Assembly (NCBI RefSeq): GCF_021028975.2
Contig: NC_059439.1
Location: 32,054,001 to 32,118,000 of the forward strand
Reading direction: 5' to 3'
DNA length: 64,000 nt
Source of the DNA: Sphaerodactylus townsendi
Taxonomy: Eukaryota
A program made the position numbers and the translations under genes. The notes beneath the pieces are model-generated. The model was given only the letters and a program-made list of their open reading frames with translations. It was not told the DNA's origin and did not search any database. Positions within the stretch are counted from its first letter, which is position 1; every line of letters begins with the position of its first letter. This document shows positions 25,710 to 36,604 of the stretch, in pieces.

Positions 25710-27378
25710 TTCTAGTGGGTTTTCCGGGCTGGGTGGCCGTGGTCTGGTGGATCTTGTTCCTAACGTTTCGCCTGCATCTGTGGCTGGCATCTTCAGAGGT
25801 GTACCACAGTGTACGGCCTGCTTAAGAACATAAGAACAAGCCAGCTGGATCAGACCAGAGTCCATCTAGTCCAGCTCTCTGCTACTCGCAGTGGCCCACC
25901 AGGTGCCTTTGGGAGCTCACAGGCAGGATGTGAAAGCAATGGCCTTCTGCTGCTGCTGCTCCTGAGCACCTGGTCTGTTAAGGCATTTGCAATCTCAGAT
26001 CAAAGAGGATCAAGATTGGTAGCCATAGATCAACTTCTCCTCCATAAATCTATCGAAGCCCCTTTTAAAGCTATCCAGGTTAGCGGCCATCACCACCTCC
26101 TGTGGCAGCATATTCCAAACACCAATCACACGTTGCGTGAAGAAGTGTTTCCTTTTATTAGTCCTAATTCTTCCCCCCAGCATTTTCAACGAATGCCCCC
26201 TGGTTCTAGTATTGTGAGAATACTTGCTTGTTCAAATATTGAGTGAATGCACAGCATAGTGTCATTGTATGGAAAAAATCAGTTGATACTTTCCCTGTGC
26301 GCGTTGGAACTTCACCGGTTGGACTACAGACTGGCAGCAAAACATCCACCCCACCCCCCCAGTCTGGATGCAAGCAACAAGCCCCGCTGCAAATAGGGAG
26401 GTGGGTAATAACACTGAACATGCTCGAAACAAAGACTTGGCAGGTATTTCTCTTTGAAGTTGTGGAAACCTCACCCTGTGTAATTCGAACTTTTTTGCAA
26501 ATGGGTACAGTAAATTTAGAAGCAGGCTTGACTTCATAAAGTTCAACAACCAGTGATTCTGACTGAATGCCTCGGAGCTTATATTTAATTTTTGTAAAGC
26601 ACCAGGAAGTTTTAGGAGCTCTAATACTAATTTAACAATTGATCATCGCTACCCTTTGTACCTGAAAAATACATTGCCTCAAACAAGCAGCTTCACCCTG
26701 CCAACCATCGTCTTCAGAAATTTATTTGGAAGCTATTATTGGTGACGGAAAAAAAATAAACCACGAAGAAGGCTCGAGGAGGATCCAATTGCTGGATTTC
26801 ATTTATTTACACAACACCCTCAATGAGTATGATAACTTCAGAGTACAAAGCCTCCAGGAACATACAATTTTAAGATGTCTTTTATTATTTCTACTTTAAC
26901 CTATCCTGTGTGATCCTCTAACAACCAGGTTATGGCTTCTATTATGTCTCTATCACCCCAGTTAAGCGTATCTATCACCCCGGTTCAGAACAATTCAGCA
27001 GCTTAACACGATTTGTACAAACCGCTTTGTATAAAACTGACCTGAAGGAAGGAAGAAAGAAATGGCTAAGAAAATTATTAATCCTTTTATTTTAAAAAAG
27101 GGAAAAGATTGATTGACATCTCTGCAGGATAGCCCAACTGACGTGGCATTCATTTGAACTCCACAATGGAAAACAAACTGCGGAGACCTAACAGGATTGA
27201 CACCAGAAAGACAAAAATTGAGTCACTGATCCAAGGGATGAATGTGGGACTGTCAGGCTGGAGCGCCACGCTAGCATTATACAAAATAGGCAGTGGTTAT
27301 TAAAAAAAATAGCAGAAGCAAGGTCCATGTGAAGCTAGACTCTCGACAGGATTGCCACCTGGCCGAGGTTCCATCTCC

Positions 27379-27608
27379 TCACTGACGCTTGGCTTTGGGC
27401 ATGTGGACCTCCGGGTTCTGATTGAGGTGGCCAAATCGCTTGTAGTTGAGGAAGAGAAGGCCAAAGTTGAGGAGGTACGTGCTGACACAGACCACGCAGA
27501 AGTCGTGGAGCACAAAGATGAGGATGTAGGCCAGGTAGAGTGAGCCAGCGATGGAGATAAGGGAGGAACCTAGAAGAGCAACGGCTGCCAAGCCGCTGTT
27601 GGAAAAGC
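27379..27608 (-). CDS. VKORC1: VKORC1 exon 3 (coding part)
   Basis: Acceptor ttcacag; encodes [26 protein letters not shown] (CXXC redox motif, TY motif) and basic C-terminus KAKRQ*. The three exons total 510 nt (169 aa plus stop). Confidence 0.96.
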
Positions 27609-27783
27609 CTGTGAAGGAAAAGAAAGCTGAGTTATCAGGTGTCCACAACTGTGACAGAATGAATGGGAGCTAAGAATTAAACATATACAAGGAAATTGAG
27701 TGCAGCGTTAATTACACCAATAACAAAAAGCATCCGTTGCACTCCGGCTGTTATATCATCTTAAATAAAGTATTACACACAAA

Positions 27784-28114
27784 CTCACAAGCATTCGATA
27801 ATGTCCTCTTATTTCAACGCAAGTTATCATTCCAAGTCCATAAGAACAAAAATCTTTTCACATCCATTTTGGTAAGTAAATCAATAATGGTGACACCGAA
27901 AAATGCAGATTATGCGCAAAGCGTTTCCTTCTTTATGATTTGATGGACTGCTGGATTGTAATAAACTAGAAACTGGATGCTTACCTTTTGGGACTATATG
28001 AATTAATCCATTATTGATTTACTGACCCAAACGGACGTGAAAAGATTTTTGTTCTTATGGACTTGGAATGATAACTTGTACTGAAATAAGAGGACATTAT
28101 CGAATGCTTATGAG
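27784..28114. repeat. ~107-bp inverted repeat with ~117-bp spacer
   Basis: 27784-27890 is the reverse complement of 28008-28114 with few mismatches. Confidence 0.85.
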
Positions 28115-28563
28115 ACAGAACAAGAATCCACCCCTACCTTTTTCTTCTCCATCATCCCACTAATGATCCCCACTCCCCATAGAACAACGATGGCGAACCT
28201 TTTCGAGACTGAGTGCCCAAACTGCAACCCAAAACCCACTTATTTATCGCAAAGTGCCAACCCGGCAATTTAACCTGAATACTGAGGTTTTAGTTTAGAA
28301 AAAACTGTTGGCTCCGAGGCATGCGTTCCTCGGGAGTAAGCTTGGTGGTAGTCGGTGGCTTTGCTTTGAAGCAACCGTGCAACTCTTTCAACGGGTTGAA
28401 TCACGACCCTAGGAGGGTTTACTCAGAAGCAAGCTCCATAGCCAGCAACCGAGCTTACTCCCAGGCAAAGGATCATGCTTTAGTTCTTCGCATGAAAATC
28501 AGTGGGGTTTAACAGCGCTTAACAGGGTTACCTACACTGCTCCCCCAAAACTAGGTCTTAGGT

Positions 28564-28596
28564 CTACACTTGATCTTAGCCAAAAGGCCGAGAAGC
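28564..28596 (-). pseudogene. U2 snRNA 5' fragment (about nt 4-36) at a LINE 5' junction
   Basis: Minus strand reads GCTTCTCGGCCTTTTGGCTAAGATCAAGTGTAG, matching the U2 5' end. Confidence 0.9.
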
Positions 28597-31368
28597 CTTT
28601 GCGAGGAACTCCTACTGTCACATATTTTTCTGAAGAGGGTAGGCTTATAAAAAAGCAAATACGAATAATATTCTGCAGGAATAAACAGCAAGGTTTAAAT
28701 AATCTTCCTGATGAGTATTTTCTGCCGAAGAGGCATCTATCGTGTGTTCTTCGCGAAGGGCTATATCAGTGGTGGCGAACCTATGGCACGGGTGCCAGAG
28801 GTGGCACTCAGAGCCCTCTCTGTGGGCACGCGCAAACAGAGTGCCCCCCCCGCCCCACATCTAGGCTGGCCTGGGCCGCTGGGCTCCATTATTAGCATTA
28901 AACCTAAGTCCAAGTTTTGGGGAAGCAGTGTAGGTAACCCTGTTAAGCGCTGTTAAGCCCCACTGATTTTCATGCAAAGAACAAAAGCGCAATCCTTTGC
29001 CTGGGAGTAAGCTCGGTTGCTGGCAATGGGGCTTGCTTCTGAGTAAACCCTCCTAGGGTCGTGATTCACCCGTTGGAAGAGATGCACGGTTGCTTCAAAG
29101 CAAAGCCACCGACTACCACCAAGCTTACTCCTGAGTAACACACGCCTCGGAGCCAACCGTTTTTTCTAAACTAAAACCTCAGTATTCAGGTTAAATTGCC
29201 ATGTTGGCACTTTGCAATAAATAAGTGGGTTTTGGGTTGCAATTTGGGCACTTGGTCTCAAAAAGGTTTGCCATCACTGCTCTACTACTATCATCTCTAC
29301 TACTGACCCCCCAATATGGCATAGCTATTTTTGTAATCTTTTCAATAATGGGAACTCTGATACTCTTAGGATTGAGCCCCCTTTGTCTAATGATATTCCT
29401 AGGTGGCCTCCTGTAACAGAGGAGGAAATTACAACACTAATTGGTAATCTTAAAACTAATAAAGCTCCGGGTCCAGATGGGGTCCCGGCAGAAATTTACA
29501 AATCTTTTCCCGATTGGTGGTCCCCTCTGTTAGCCGCCTTATTCACTACGATGAATGACTCTGGCTCAGTGACCATAATGTGGACTGACGCAACCATCAT
29601 TCCACTGTTTAAAAAGGGTGACCGTAATCTCCCCTCAAACTACAGACCGATCAGCCTGCTGTCTGTTTCAGGTAAATTGTATGCCAAATATTTACTTAAC
29701 CATCTTTTGAATTGGATTTCAACTAACAGACCAATCGGAATAGAGCAGATTGGCTTTACGAAAGGAAAGACCACCCTGGACCACTGTATGACGTTGGAAG
29801 CACTTGTGTCCAAATACCTCTATAGAGGAAAATCCAATCTTTTTGCAGCCTTTATCGACTTTAAGGGGGCTTTTGACTCTATTGACAGATCGCTGCTATG
29901 GCTTAAACTGCAGAAGCTCGCTATTGAACCTAGGCTTCTCCTATTAATTAGATCTCTTTACAGGAATCCCACCTGCCAGATAAGGTGTACACCATCAGGA
30001 TCTTTAACACCCAAAATACCAGTCTCTCAGGGGGTAAAACAAGGGTGTGTATTAGCACCCATGCTATTTAATCTTTTTTTGCATGATCTTGCCCCCACAT
30101 TGAATAGTTTCAACTTTCATTGCCCCTATCTGAACGGTGTGCCTCTGTCTATTCTCCTTTATGCCGATGATGCAGTTTTATTATCAAGAACAAGATCTGG
30201 TCTCAGAAACATGCTGACTAAGTGTGGTGAATACTGTTCAAACAACAGGTTGGTCATTAACCCAATTAAGTCTAAAATTGTGGTTTTTTCCAATGTTTTT
30301 AGACCTTCAAGATGGTCTATCCAAGGTGCTGACATCGAGCAAGTTAAATTGTTCAAATATCTTGGGATAATATTCCATCATAAGTCAACCTGGACCACAC
30401 ACAGAGATAACACCCTTAAAGCCTGCAAAAATTTATCCGCTGCAGTACTGAAATTCTTTAATATCAATGGTGGTAGATTCATACCAGCAGCGTTGAAGGT
30501 GTTTAACGCTAAGGTGGCCCAGCACCTTTTGTATGGTATCCCCATCTGGATCCAAGCATGGCACCAGAAATTGGAACGCATCCAATCCAATTTCCTATAT
30601 AAGATCTTTGGCACCCCGCATTGTGTCCCCTATGGTGTTCTTTGTTTGGAATCAGGGCAACATTTATTAGAAACAAGGGCATGGGTTGTAACTTTTAAGT
30701 TTTGGCTGCGTCTTTGTTTCTGCACTGACCCTAACAGTTTGTCCCAGTTAGAAATGAGAGAGCTTCAGCTTTCGAAATGGTGGCTACATATTGAAAAAAA
30801 GATCTTTTCCTTGGGCTTCTCTTGGGAGGCCCTACAAATGCTCACCGCTCCGGAGATTTACCATCGCTTAAAGACTAGATTATTTGATCAAGAGTACCAA
30901 TTTCTCCTGAGCAAAGCTCTCCAATATTCTTTGGGATTATCCCTCAGAAATCTAGCCCTGCTATATACCTGCAACAACTTATTAATTACAATTGCAGATG
31001 GGTCATGACTACAGCAAGGTGTAACTCTTTTCCGTCAGTACATCTTCAAGGTCGCTTCTCTGGTATTCCACAAAATGAGCGTTGCTGTCGATTTTGTCCT
31101 GATACAACTGATACACTTTCTCATATTCTGCTTCATTGTTCAAAATACAACAACTTCAGAACCGATTTGAGAACTGTGTTACCAACAGGATTTATGCTCC
31201 TTTCTGATAAAATAAAAATGGCTAAGCTTCTAAATAACTCTAATGTTGAAATCTCTGAAGCTGTTGCTATATTTTTACTCTGTGTACTGCAAGTTGAGCA
31301 ATAATGATCTTGTTATTGTATTTGAAATTCTTGGCACTGGTTTTATGCCTAATAAAGGTTTTGGATTT
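28567..31368 (+). mobile_element. 5'-truncated non-LTR retrotransposon (RTE-X-like; clade uncertain) in VKORC1 intron 2
   Basis: RT ORF 29383-31008 (KAPGPDG, NYRPISLL, GVKQGCVLAP, YADD), C-terminal CxxC…HxxxxC, AATAAA plus GGATTT tail, 13-bp TSD ggtcttaggtcta at 28554-28566 and 31369-31381. Confidence 0.9.
28767..29279 (+). mobile_element. hAT-type MITE (same family) nested in the LINE
   Basis: cagtggtggcgaacc…ggtttgccatcactg; same family as copies near 25219-25709 and 60967-61478. Confidence 0.85.
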
Positions 31369-31743
31369 GGTCTTAGGTCTAATGCTAATAATTGAGCCCA
31401 GTGGCCCAGGCCAGCCTAGATGTGTGTGAGGGAGTGGGGGCGACTCTGTTTGCGTGTGCCCACAGAGAGGGCTCTGAGTGCCACCTCTGGCACCCGTGCC
31501 ATAGGTTCGCCACCACTGCCATAGAAGGAAAGCCTGCACATTTGAACCTTCTGAGTTCCCACCACTACCTGATAAACCCAGGAGATCAGAACAGGCCACC
31601 TAGAGTCGTAAGAATGGTAACAATAAGCAGGTAGCACTTTTCACCCCCTGAGGAGGCTGAAGAGCCAGTATTAGGTTGGCCATCACAATGAATAGGATGC
31701 GTGTGAAAGTGCGTTTCCTCTCACACGTATATGGATTTCTCAC

Positions 31744-31853
31744 CCAGAAGGACTTGCAGAGTGTAGAAGGCAATCCCAAAAATGCTGTTAGGTTGGTTCA
31801 ACAGGCTATGGGACCCCAAGAGGTCAGCCACCAAGCCAAAGCCACGCCCCCAC
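31744..31853 (-). CDS. VKORC1: VKORC1 exon 2
   Basis: 110-nt exon between tcgcag and gtgag encoding WGRGFGLVADLLGSHSLLNQPNSIFGIAFYTLQVLL; same size as human exon 2. Confidence 0.96.
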
Positions 31854-32480
31854 CTGCGACGAAGGAGACGGAGAGGGTTAAAAAATGATCGCAAGCATAA
31901 GAACGTTTTGTATTCATATAAAAAGGAGCCTTGGAATGCTTTAAGGCCAGGTTTGTTGAAGTCTATGCTGCACAAAGGGGGAAGTCAGGGCCACTGGAGA
32001 CTTATCTAATCTGGAGGAACCGGGTTTGATTCCCCGCTCTGCCGCTTGAGCTGTGGAGGCTTATCTGGGGAATTCGGATTAGCCTGTGCACTCCCAACAC
32101 ATGCCAGCTGGGTGACCTTGGGCTAGTCACAGTTCTTCTGAGCTCCCTCAGCCCCACCTACCTCACAGGGTGTTTGTTGTGAAAGGGGAAGGGCAATGAG
32201 TTTTTAAGCCCCTTGGAGTCTCCTACAGGAGATAAAGGGGGGGGGGAATATAAATCCAAACTCTTCTTCTCTTCTTATGGAGGGCTCACGCCAGCCAGTG
32301 CACGTGGGCAGCAAATATCAACGAACAGGGACACTTCCGAGTAACCAAGCAAAGGATCAGGGCAGAGGAGGTCTCCCTGGCCGTATCAGAGCGCAAACAG
32401 AGGAGACTCTCTGCATATTGAGGGGAGGGCAAGGCTGGCAAGGGGCTGGGACGCCCACGGGACCCCACCCACCCACTCAC

Positions 32481-32650
32481 CTGGAAGTGAAGACCCGGGA
32501 GCAGCTGATGGTGGCGCTGATGTCGCACATGGCCCGGTAGGTGGCGTCCCGCTCCTTGGAGGTCTCCACGTGGAAGGCGTAAACAGACAGCGCCAGCCCC
32601 AGGGCGCAAAGCAGCAGCCGGCCACGGCGCTCCCAGCCGGGCACTGCCAT
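32481..32650 (-). CDS. VKORC1: VKORC1 exon 1 (vitamin K epoxide reductase)
   Basis: [56 protein letters not shown](R) with both loop cysteines; 170 nt, phase-2 donor AG|gtgagt. Confidence 0.96.
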
Positions 32651-32759
32651 CCTCCTTGCAGGGAAGCGAGACCCGAAGACCGCCTCCGACCCGTTTCCAC
32701 TCCTCCACCTCTTCCAGCCTGGCACAGGACACTAGGCCGCTCCTCATTGCACGCTGGGG

Positions 32760-32840
32760 CTGCCACTCAGGGACATTGGCCACTCAGGGAACAGCGGGAG
32801 GGAGGAAAGGTAGCAGGGCATGCTGGGAGTTGTAGTTTAT
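32760..32840 (-). promoter_or_regulatory. VKORC1 proximal promoter with ZNF143/SBS-type motif and CCAAT box
   Basis: ACTACAACTCCCAGCA on minus at 32821-32836 and CCAAT on minus at 32775-32779, just upstream of GC-rich exon 1. Confidence 0.6.
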
Positions 32841-33479
32841 TGCCTATGGATAGGGCACTGATCTGCCCACGTGTTCCTGGAGAAGTTCATAGCAGGGGGA
32901 ATACCTTTTTTTCGTTGTAGCTTTTATAATAAGCTGCGAACTAAGTTCCTTACTTCATGAGTGGAAAGATTTTCCGGGGCGCCCTGATAGATCACGCCTT
33001 GCAAAGCTGCTGTCCTAATGAAAACCCCTACGTTTTCCAGCCACGTCGCTAAATGTTGTGCAGGGGTGTTTAGAAGAGTGTAGTGGGTTAACTATATTCC
33101 CAAACATTCACTGGTAATTTTCATTACAGTCCTATTTCCTTTAGCATGCTGGACTGGTCCCTGTTCTGCTTTATAAGTTCATTGGGTGACCTCTTGAGCC
33201 ACATACGCTCTCTTGGCTTAGCCTATTTCACAGGGTTGTTGTAAAAGTAAATGAAGAGTATGATGGAAAGCTGATATAAACTATACAAATAAATTTAGCA
33301 ATACTGTACTTATTTTGTCAAAAGGGATTATCTCTTGCTCAGAATTTCTTGACCAACTATTCAGAAAAAGGGTTGATATGGACATATAGTTTATGACGTT
33401 TTAAGCCATAGTATTTCATCATACAAGTTATATGCGAGTAATTCACTGGGCACCAAGCACTTCAGAAGCTTACTTTAGT

Positions 33480-33960
33480 TGGAAGAAACGAAACTCATGG
33501 GGCAGCCTGACACTGAGTTTTTCAGGTGGTTTGGGAAAACAGGGCCCCACCAAGGAGATAAGGAATTAGCAGAAGCTCACAAATACAGATAAAGGTAAAA
33601 TAGAAACCAGTAGTTGTTATAGAAACCTTTTACGCAAGGTGTTTTTGACTTAAGTTTCACCAAATATGGGAATGGGCAAGGTGTGGTCAAAGGTGGGATG
33701 AGATGACCGGGTCTGTACGTCTTCTTGACTCAAACCAATGGTCAGAAGACAAGGAGGGATGTTTGTAAGAGGGTATAAATTATGTTACGCAAGCAACAGC
33801 CCCTTGAACCTCCTCCCTGTTGCTAACAGAGGAGAGTTCCCTCTTCTGCGCAGAATTGAATGAAAACAATAAATCTCTGAACACTGAAGAAGCTTTTGGA
33901 TGGTTATTTTTGTAACCGGTCAGAGCCTTTGCTCTGTGCCTATTAGGGTTATTTAGAAAA
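33480..33960 (+). mobile_element. Possible solo LTR
   Basis: CCAAT (about 33735), TATAAA (about 33774) and AATAAA (about 33868) in LTR-like order; ends not defined. Confidence 0.4.
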
Positions 33961-34989
33961 ATGCAGAAACTGGAAACTGCATTTTAATTTGCCGCTGGTA
34001 TTAATAGCCATGGATTTTTTGTTGCTGTTCATAACCTGTGGTTTCACCTGCAATCTCTTTTGTTCCCACCAAGATCTGAATCGTTTGCATCTTTTCTTTT
34101 TTGCTCCATCCACCCCGAAGACGAGTTCTGATACATGTAAAAACTTACTGGCTACTTTGTGACATTTTAGTTGGCCCTAATAATTAACCTCATATTACTC
34201 TAGGATCTCTCCCAATTCACCATCATGGCTGCCCAGGCTATTTTATCTGCTCCTGGTATAACTGACAAGCTATTATTTTGAATGCTACTACTATTTAAAA
34301 ACATGTTACAGAGGTAGGCAGTGACAAACCACCTCTGTTTGCCTATTGCCTCACAAACCCTGTGAGATTTGACTGCAACGTGATAGCACTTTCCACCACT
34401 ACTATAACTGAATAATATTAAACCGATTAAGCCACCTGTATTTAGACTGTAGCTACTTTGCAGTGACTCAGCCGCCCCAATTTGTGTATCTTAAGGTCCC
34501 GCTCACCACAACAATTCTGGGCTCCTGGAAGATATGCAGGCCTGCGAGTATGTGCAGAGAGCTCTTGTGTGACTGATACACAAACATCACCAGTTCTCAC
34601 GAATCAAAGAGTCATGGAGTATGTGGAGATGGATCAGAATGTCTATAAATTGTATTTAATCAAGAAATATGGAAATTCATATGAACCAAAGATCCTAAGA
34701 ATCAAAATGGGTGCTTCTGTATAAGTGACTAGAAGCCTGCATGTTTGCAGTAGGTCAAAAGGCATGTTACAAGCTTGCTAGTGACTATGCAGGCAAGCAA
34801 AGATAACATTTTTCAGATCTTGTCACTACAGGCCAACGTGACATCAGACATATGCATTTTATAACTTTGGTTTTTGAGTTAGAAATGAATGTGATTAGTT
34901 AAATTAAAAAATGTTTTTCTATATAGTTAAATGAACACAGAAATGATAATGAGAGATTCACATGTATTAGTATTTTACTATAATTCTAT

Positions 34990-35545
34990 TGTGTTAGAAT
35001 CAATGTATGTAAAATCTTTTAAAATGTTTTAACATTTCAAACTGGGGAGAAAGGGAAGTTTTATGATCCTAAGGAATGCTGCATACCCTAAAGGATACAT
35101 CTCTCTGGGAGCAAACTTAGCAAACTTAGAAAAACAGGTTTTTCTTGGAAACAAGAAAGACAGCAAGGTAGTTTTATTGCTGCCCTTTGCATATGGGTAG
35201 AGGTACATGAGCTAACAGCATGCAGCGTTTGAGTAACAGAAGGAATGTGACACGTAGAATAAGAGGCTGTCTTCATGTGACAAGGAGACAGATCTATCCA
35301 ATGAGATTTTTAAGGTACATGCTTGTAGCACGTGAAAGAGGTATGGATTATATACGTAAATCTTATGATGATGATTGTGTGACGTCTGTATTTTTGCGTC
35401 TATAAAAATTGGTCCCTTTGTATGAAGGGTGTGCCTCTTACCCTTAAGGGGACACCCTGGTCAGATACTTATGCTGTCCAGTAAACTTATCTTCTGTTTC
35501 AAAACTGCTTCTTGGGTGTTTTCTAACTTTAAGTTTTTCTTAAAC
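34990..35545 (+). mobile_element. Possible solo LTR
   Basis: CCAAT (about 35297), TATAAAA (35401) and AGTAAA (about 35480) in LTR-like order; ends not defined. Confidence 0.35.
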
Positions 35546-36604
35546 TAATTCAGCTGTGTATGACCAGAGACGTGGTCCTGGCCCCACAAGTAAGTAGTAA
35601 GCAGAGTAATTTTCAGGTATATATAAACTCTGCCCCCTCTCTCTGAAAAAATCAACACTACATTTTGCTATTCATTTGTGCAGTATTCTCATATGTAGAA
35701 GGTGAATTACATTATCTTATTTTGTCCAACCTCACACCCGATCCTGTGCAATAGTAATTTATTGTTCCCATTTTACAGACAGAGGGGCGTACAGGGCACA
35801 GATGGGATTAACAGATGGCCAAATTATCACAAGAAGACCAGCCTGTGTAAATGATTAAATTTATTTATGCAACAGCTGCATGACATTTGAAAAAGCCCCA
35901 CCAAAAGGACAGTAAAGCAGTACCCTAACCATTCATTGGCACCACTATTTTCAAAAGCATATGGGAGTTTAAGGACATCTGTGCGCAGAGCCGACTCCAG
36001 GGAAACAAGTTTTGGTGGATAAAAGATGGCAACGACCGTTACTACAGAAGCAAGGAATTTCTTGTGGGCTTTAACTCCCAGAATGGCAGTAAATAGTAAT
36101 CCGTCTTCTGCATAAGCTAGGTATCCTTCTTCTGGGAATTAGCCATGGCTTCTAAGTTGGGGAACCCTTACTTACCACATCAGCTTCATTGTGATAATGT
36201 AAGGTACAGAAAAGTTTGAGGGCAATACTGGAAGACCACTGATTCTCACCTGGATTTTTCCCAAATAAATCCTGTTTTGGACAAAGCGAAGGGTACAACT
36301 CACTGCATTTGGAATGCTTTTCTTTTCTTTGAGGCACTGTGTTACCTACATTTTATTATATCTATTAAACTCTTTCAGTTCCAAAAAAACAGATTAGGCC
36401 TCACTTCCTAGCATGTGCTTCCTAGGCGAGTTTTCACTTTTGGTCTCCCATAATTGCAGCACGGAAAATCAGTCCCAGCTGAAAGCTCTACCGATTACAC
36501 TACACTATGCCAATAATATTGTGACTTAAGGATGCAGAGTCATTTATGAATTATAGGAACTGTTTCTAGGCACTTGAGGGTCCAGCTGAAAAGGGTGAAC
36601 TTTG

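Larger units (their letters stand above)
28185..31518 (-). mobile_element. hAT-type MITE split by the LINE insertion
   Basis: TIR-like ends caacgatggcgaacc…ggttcgccaccactg and 8-bp TSD ccatagaa on both sides; halves at 28185-28566 and 31369-31518. Confidence 0.85.

Noticed and set aside
28564-28596. Functional U2 snRNA gene or a U2-targeting (Keno/Utopia) insertion
   Set aside because: Only 33 nt, no remainder of U2 on the other side, and the TSD is MITE sequence rather than U2.
27379-32650. VKORC1L1 rather than VKORC1
   Set aside because: Short intron 1, the [11 protein letters not shown] loop, the KAKRQ tail and FUS linkage all fit VKORC1.
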